A DNA stretch of 64,000 bases from a virus: positions 13,606 to 77,605 of IMG/VR virus record IMGVR_UViG_3300032240_002575; one strand, given 5' to 3'. Below are positions 59,430 through 64,000 of the stretch, one piece after another. The first letter of the stretch is position 1. Every line of letters begins with the position of its first letter. The position numbers and the translations under genes are program-made. The notes beneath the pieces were generated by a model. The model was not told the origin of the DNA, did no database searches, and saw only the letters and a list, made by a program, of their open reading frames with translations.

Positions 59430-61511
59430 TTAATCCCACCAAATGTAGTCGTTCATAGTGTAATCGTAGTTACCCGTATCTACTAACGTTGTTGATGTAA
59501 TTGTGCTTTCACTTACCAAATATATGTAGTGACGATTGTTTTCATTAATAACAACATTAAATCTATCACCACATGCATATGTTGACCACCAAGTTGTATA
59601 AGGTGTTACTTCATTATTTAATAAGTTAAAGTTAAAATCGTATAAATTAATATTTGCATTTCCACTTGAATCTAAATACGTAAACATAAATTTATCACTA
59701 CCCATTATGATATCATAATCTGAAGTACCAGGGAGTATGTGTGTACTTGTATATCCTGTTGGTGTTAATATGTTTGCCTTTCTTGTTGAAGGTTCAAAAG
59801 TTAACATCGCACTAACTTTAAGATAATCTTCTCTGAATTGATTTTGTGGTGTATAAACATTATATGTATTTGCAGAAAGAGTTAAAGTGTTTGATGTCAA
59901 GAATAAATTTGAAGTCTCATCAATAGTATAAGTTAATCCACTATAATTAATTAATTGGAAAAGCGAACCTTGATTTGTTGTGTATGTCCCAACATTAAAT
60001 GTAATTCCTGAAACCAAACCACCAAATGAACCATCATTATTTATGTGCATTAATGTACATCCAGCATAAAAATTTGTATATATTACAGTTACAAAACCAT
60101 CACCAACATTGTATCTATCTGTATATCCTTGATTACCTCCACCACTTACTGTAACGTTTGATGAAGTATATGTAACACCAGTATGAGTTAGTGCCATTGT
60201 TGAAACGTATCCGTTACCTGTATCACAAACTGTTTGAGCAATATTACTAGTTAAGAAATATGGTTGAATTGTTTTAGTTGAACCACTACTGTTTTGGAAA
60301 GTATAAGTTGTTAAATTTGTATCACCACTTAACATATAAATAATATCACAATAATTTACGTTAGTCCCTAATCCATTATAACTTGGGGTATTATATAATG
60401 TTAACACAAATGCTTCCGCACCACCATTATTTGGGGAAAAATTAGTATTAGAATTTAATGAGAAATCCGAGTAATTAGAACCTCTATTGTGAGTTGTTGT
60501 ATTTAACACATCAGTATTACCATCATATTGGAAAACAAACCAATCAATATTGCTGTCTGAACTGTTCCATAATATTGTGACTAATTTGTTATCACCATAA
60601 AATTCTAAATTATAGTTATTGTAAGTGTCTCCTGTTGAAAAATCTAATGTTTGTAATAAGTTACCATTTGAACCATCATAAATTTTTATTGTTTCATAGT
60701 TTGAACCTGAGTTTGCATAAGTAATTTCTAATGCGAAACTACCATCAAAATATGTGTAAAAATCCACATTATAGTCGGACCCGTTAAAATTACTAAGTTC
60801 AGTTAAATCTTGACCGTTAACAAGATAGTTTGTATATACACCTGTGTTGTCATCATATTTTGCAATCACAAAATTATTATTTGACATAACACCATCCCAA
60901 CTATTATAAAAATAAATTGATTGGTAAGAAGAGTCTGCGGTTAATGTGTATACATTTGAACCGTTAAAATATTTGTATATCCCATTATAATAATCTGAAA
61001 AATACGTAAGTTTACCTGCGTTTACATCATAATCATAATTACAATTACAATCTGCATAATAGTCTTCAATTACATTACCCGCAGCATCAGTGAAAACAGC
61101 CCATTGTAAATTACAAGTGTTTTGATTTTGGAAATAATATGTGTAACCCGAATTTGTTAAAGGATATACATCATTAATATACCAACCTGTATCATCTATA
61201 CCTAAATCAATAACTTGTGCGGTGAAGTCACCAAAATATGATATTGATTCCCCATAGTTATTACTATTAACCATTTTAGAAACAAATGAAAAACTTTGAC
61301 CTGTTACTGTTGATTCATTTATCACTAATTCATATGTGTAACCATATAATGGAACGTTAATTTGATAAGTTCCAAAATAATTTGGGTTCAAATAATCGAA
61401 CGGTATTGTTTGGGTACCTAAATTAATTGTACCTCCTGATAATGGTGAAAAAGTAACATTTGCGGTATCTCCACTTAAATTGTTACTTAGTATTCTTACT
61501 CCTAGTGCCAT
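59430..61511 (-). CDS. Beta-rich (possible propeller) virion-associated protein sharing an N-terminal module with 62506-63933
   Basis: 693 aa, rich in Asn, Tyr and Thr. N-terminus GVRILSNNLSG...GGTINLG.Q.IPF.Y....YFGTY. Confidence 0.55.
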   Translation of the reverse strand: MALGVRILSNNLSGDTANVTFSPLSGGTINLGTQTIPFDYLNPNYFGTYQINVPLYGYTYELVINESTVTGQSFSFVSKMVNSNNYGESISYFGDFTAQVIDLGIDDTGWYINDVYPLTNSGYTYYFQNQNTCNLQWAVFTDAAGNVIEDYYADCNCNYDYDVNAGKLTYFSDYYNGIYKYFNGSNVYTLTADSSYQSIYFYNSWDGVMSNNNFVIAKYDDNTGVYTNYLVNGQDLTELSNFNGSDYNVDFYTYFDGSFALEITYANSGSNYETIKIYDGSNGNLLQTLDFSTGDTYNNYNLEFYGDNKLVTILWNSSDSNIDWFVFQYDGNTDVLNTTTHNRGSNYSDFSLNSNTNFSPNNGGAEAFVLTLYNTPSYNGLGTNVNYCDIIYMLSGDTNLTTYTFQNSSGSTKTIQPYFLTSNIAQTVCDTGNGYVSTMALTHTGVTYTSSNVTVSGGGNQGYTDRYNVGDGFVTVIYTNFYAGCTLMHINNDGSFGGLVSGITFNVGTYTTNQGSLFQLINYSGLTYTIDETSNLFLTSNTLTLSANTYNVYTPQNQFREDYLKVSAMLTFEPSTRKANILTPTGYTSTHILPGTSDYDIIMGSDKFMFTYLDSSGNANINLYDFNFNLLNNEVTPYTTWWSTYACGDRFNVVINENNRHYIYLVSESTITSTTLVDTGNYDYTMNDYIWWD

Positions 61512-61543
61512 AGTTTTTTATTTATAAATATTTGTTTTGTTTA

Positions 61544-61918
61544 TTATATAATTGGTTGATATGTTATATTTCCCGTTGGAATATTCAAATAGGTTAAATC
61601 ATTTGAAGGGGGCATTGGTGTTGGAGTTGGTGTAGGTGTAGGGGTCGGTGTTGTTGTCGATGAAGGTGTCGGTGTTGGTGTTGCAGTCGATGAAGGTGTT
61701 GGTGTTGGAGTAATTGGGTATACTCCATCATTGGTTAATTGTAAATTAGGTTCAAAAAGTTTTGCGATTTGGAACGTATCATTTATTAACCATATATTTT
61801 TGGTTTGATTAGGGGCAAGATTAACTTGGTATTCCCACATAGAGTCATCACATCTTCTATAATTAAAATTAATCGATGTGGTTCCAGTATTAGATAAAGT
61901 ATATTTACTACAAGCCAT
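61544..61918 (-). CDS. Short mucin-like protein, paralogue of the 57969-59087 N-terminus
   Basis: MACSKYTL.NTGTT.INFNYRRCDDSMWEYQ module followed by a TP repeat. Confidence 0.7.
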   Translation of the reverse strand: MACSKYTLSNTGTTSINFNYRRCDDSMWEYQVNLAPNQTKNIWLINDTFQIAKLFEPNLQLTNDGVYPITPTPTPSSTATPTPTPSSTTTPTPTPTPTPTPMPPSNDLTYLNIPTGNITYQPII

Positions 61919-61947
61919 TTTTATTTTTTATATAAATATCAAGTTGT

Positions 61948-62499
61948 TTAACATACGCCAACAACTACAACTTTAGTTCCGCTAAGTTGTATAAAAATTC
62001 CACCATTTGAAATGATACCTTTTGATAAAGGTGGTATTGTTAGTGCGGAATCACCATAAACATGGTCGCCAGGAACCAAAGACCCAAAAGGTTTTTCTGA
62101 ATAAACTACAGTGTTTGTTGGTGTACCAAAATGGAACGACTCACAAACGTTTTGATATGACCCACCAGTTACTAAATTATAAATGTATACCATTGTCGGT
62201 GTTATTGTTGGTGTTATTGTTGGAGTTACAGTGTTTGTTGGGGTTGGAGTTGGTGTTGGTAAGGTAGGTGTCACTGTTGGTGTAATTGTATTTGTTGGGG
62301 TTGTCGATGGACATAAACCCACATTGACAATATCAAGAGGTGCACCATAATATTCTACTACAACATTGTTAGCACAAACATATTGTGTTTGAAGTGTACC
62401 TATTTGTGTTATAGTTATGTCACCAGTACATCCTGTTGTACTATAATAACCTTCTTGTACGTTATTGTAATTTGTAATTCTAAAATAATAGCAGTCCAT
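61948..62499 (-). CDS. Mucin-like protein with Cys-containing terminal modules
   Basis: MDCYYFRITN...C...C...GLCP, then a TPT linker, then a Cys-containing C-terminal domain. Confidence 0.65.
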   Translation of the reverse strand: MDCYYFRITNYNNVQEGYYSTTGCTGDITITQIGTLQTQYVCANNVVVEYYGAPLDIVNVGLCPSTTPTNTITPTVTPTLPTPTPTPTNTVTPTITPTITPTMVYIYNLVTGGSYQNVCESFHFGTPTNTVVYSEKPFGSLVPGDHVYGDSALTIPPLSKGIISNGGIFIQLSGTKVVVVGVC

Positions 62500-62505
62500 A
62501 TTTTA

Positions 62506-63933
62506 TTATGTAAATGTTCCGTTGAACGTTGTTAGGTTATATGTTAAACTTCTCACATCTTCCCCATCAATACAACTTGTCATTAAATCTAAAAATATGG
62601 TTTTACCTGGAGCTACTGCACCATATGCCGAAGTAAATGTGTTGTTGATAAATGTATAATTACCAGGGTCAGGAATCATTGTCCCACCTTTATATAAAGT
62701 CACCTCCAAAACAACAGGATTAGAACCTACAGTACCGTACCACCCCGCGTTCGCTAAAATTGTAATAATATTCTGTCCTGGATATTGTGTCTTGAATTCA
62801 ATCAAGTCAATTAACACACTTTCAAAACCCGTGCCTGTGTTGTCACCACCCCATGATAAAATTGGGTTACCACTTTGTGGCCATTCAGAAGAACAACACC
62901 AACCAATATAGTCAGATAATGTATTCTGCCCAATATTTGGTACAGTTACCCTCGTCCTTGTATCTAAATCGGTTCCATCAGTAAACGAATACGTGAACAC
63001 CATATAATCGGCATCGAAAGTAAAAGGACCAGGTACAAATGGTATAGGTGTCGGAGTTGGTGTGGTTGTCGGAGTATATGTTGGTGTAATACTTGGTGTT
63101 AAAGTTATTGTTGGTGTTATTGATGGAGTTATGGATGGTGTTGGTGTAGGGTTAGGAATTACAACATAAGTTAAATTTCCGTTTGGTATTGGTATTGAAT
63201 ACAAACCACTTGGAGGTGCTGGTGTTGGTGAAGGTGTTGGGGTTGGAGTGTGAGTTGGTGTATGAGTAGGAGTCAATGATATGGTAGGAGTAATTGATGG
63301 TGTTAACGATATTGTAGGTGTAATTGACGGAGTCAATGAAATTGTTGGTGTTATAGTTGGTGTTAATGTTGGAGTTGGGGTTGGGGTTGGTGGACATAAA
63401 CCTAAATCAACAACTGTTAATGAGTTAACACCTCCCGTTCTTACTACCGTGTTCTTTTTAGCACACAAAGATAAATTTGAATTTTGACGTAATATATTAC
63501 CAGTTAGTAAGTACCCATCACAATTAATATAAGAATAAATTACATTACCTCTATCAGAACTATTAATTAGATTATAATATTCACAACCCTCAAAATTTCT
63601 TGTTGGAGTTATAGTTGGAGTAATACTTGCCGTTGGTGTGGTTGTTTTAGTTGGAGTTATAGTTGGAGTAATTGTTGGTGTTAATGTAATTGTTGGGGTT
63701 ACAGTACTTGTTAGTGATGGTGTTGGTGTTGGTTCAGGGACAGTAACTGTATACGTATAATCGTATGTTGGTACATAACAACTATATGTTCCATAATAAT
63801 AACTTGAATAATACGTAAATGGTATTACTTGATTACCTAAATTAACCGTTCCTCCTGTTTCAGGAAAGAAAGTAACTTCAGTTGTTAACCCGCTTAAATT
63901 TACACTTGAAATTAATACACCACAATCTGCCAT
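62506..63933 (-). CDS. Multi-module mucin-like protein with three Thr/Pro linkers
   Basis: 475 aa: N-module, TP linker, Cys module, TP linker, short motif, TP linker, C-terminal DLDTRT domain. Confidence 0.7.
   Translation of the reverse strand: MADCGVLISSVNLSGLTTEVTFFPETGGTVNLGNQVIPFTYYSSYYYGTYSCYVPTYDYTYTVTVPEPTPTPSLTSTVTPTITLTPTITPTITPTKTTTPTASITPTITPTRNFEGCEYYNLINSSDRGNVIYSYINCDGYLLTGNILRQNSNLSLCAKKNTVVRTGGVNSLTVVDLGLCPPTPTPTPTLTPTITPTISLTPSITPTISLTPSITPTISLTPTHTPTHTPTPTPSPTPAPPSGLYSIPIPNGNLTYVVIPNPTPTPSITPSITPTITLTPSITPTYTPTTTPTPTPIPFVPGPFTFDADYMVFTYSFTDGTDLDTRTRVTVPNIGQNTLSDYIGWCCSSEWPQSGNPILSWGGDNTGTGFESVLIDLIEFKTQYPGQNIITILANAGWYGTVGSNPVVLEVTLYKGGTMIPDPGNYTFINNTFTSAYGAVAPGKTIFLDLMTSCIDGEDVRSLTYNLTTFNGTFT
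63040..63735 (-). repeat. Three Thr/Pro-rich coding repeat tracts, including (TPSITPTISL)-type 30-nt units
   Basis: Visible in the translation; the DNA units are synonymously diverged. Confidence 0.75.
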
Positions 63934-64000
63934 ATTAATAAATACTCAAAATTTTATATTATTGTTGATAACAAATCTATACTAAAAAAACGGTTAAATA

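Noticed and set aside
58585-63735. Repetitive GTTGGTGT-rich tracts as CRISPR arrays or DGR template/variable repeats
   Set aside because: The units are in-frame, degenerate codon repeats for Thr/Pro. There is no constant repeat-spacer structure, no cas gene and no reverse transcriptase in the window.
1-64000. Stop-codon reassignment, as found in some jumbo phages
   Set aside because: Very long ORFs are intact in the standard code, and TAA, TAG and TGA all terminate genes.
1-64000. tRNA or rRNA genes
   Set aside because: Intergenic gaps are short and AT-rich, and no cloverleaf or T-loop signature was recognised. A tRNAscan run would be needed to exclude them fully.

Overview
This AT-rich 64 kb window is part of a large contractile-tailed (myovirus, probably jumbo) phage genome, read in the standard genetic code and mostly encoded on the minus strand. 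In order it holds: (1) tail-tip and baseplate genes (1-12.6 kb); (2) a T4-like replication block with a class II ribonucleotide reductase, DnaB/gp41 helicase, 5'-3' exonuclease, RecA/UvsX and gp32-like SSB (12.9-19.6 kb); (3) two giant baseplate/hub proteins, a tape-measure-like protein, a gp26-like protein, tail tube, tail sheath, and tail-terminator and neck genes (20.7-43.2 kb); (4) a short plus-strand block with an SNF2 helicase, an Fe/Mn-superoxide dismutase fusion and a neck protein; (5) a family B DNA polymerase; (6) an accessory region (50.8-64 kb). The most notable candidate system is in that accessory region. A tightly coupled operon encodes a GT60-type polypeptide GlcNAc-transferase, two further GT-A-like proteins, a GT10 fucosyltransferase-like enzyme and two methyltransferases. 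It sits directly downstream of modular, Thr/Pro-rich mucin-like proteins with shared N-terminal modules, suggesting a phage-encoded mucin-type O-glycosylation system for virion decoration. Other highlights are a ubiquitin-like small protein in that cluster, a SOD fused to a PD-(D/E)XK-like domain, a probable programmed frameshift at the tail chaperone position, and a recurrent TATTTATA leader motif. All family assignments come from motif recognition by eye; no database searches were run.
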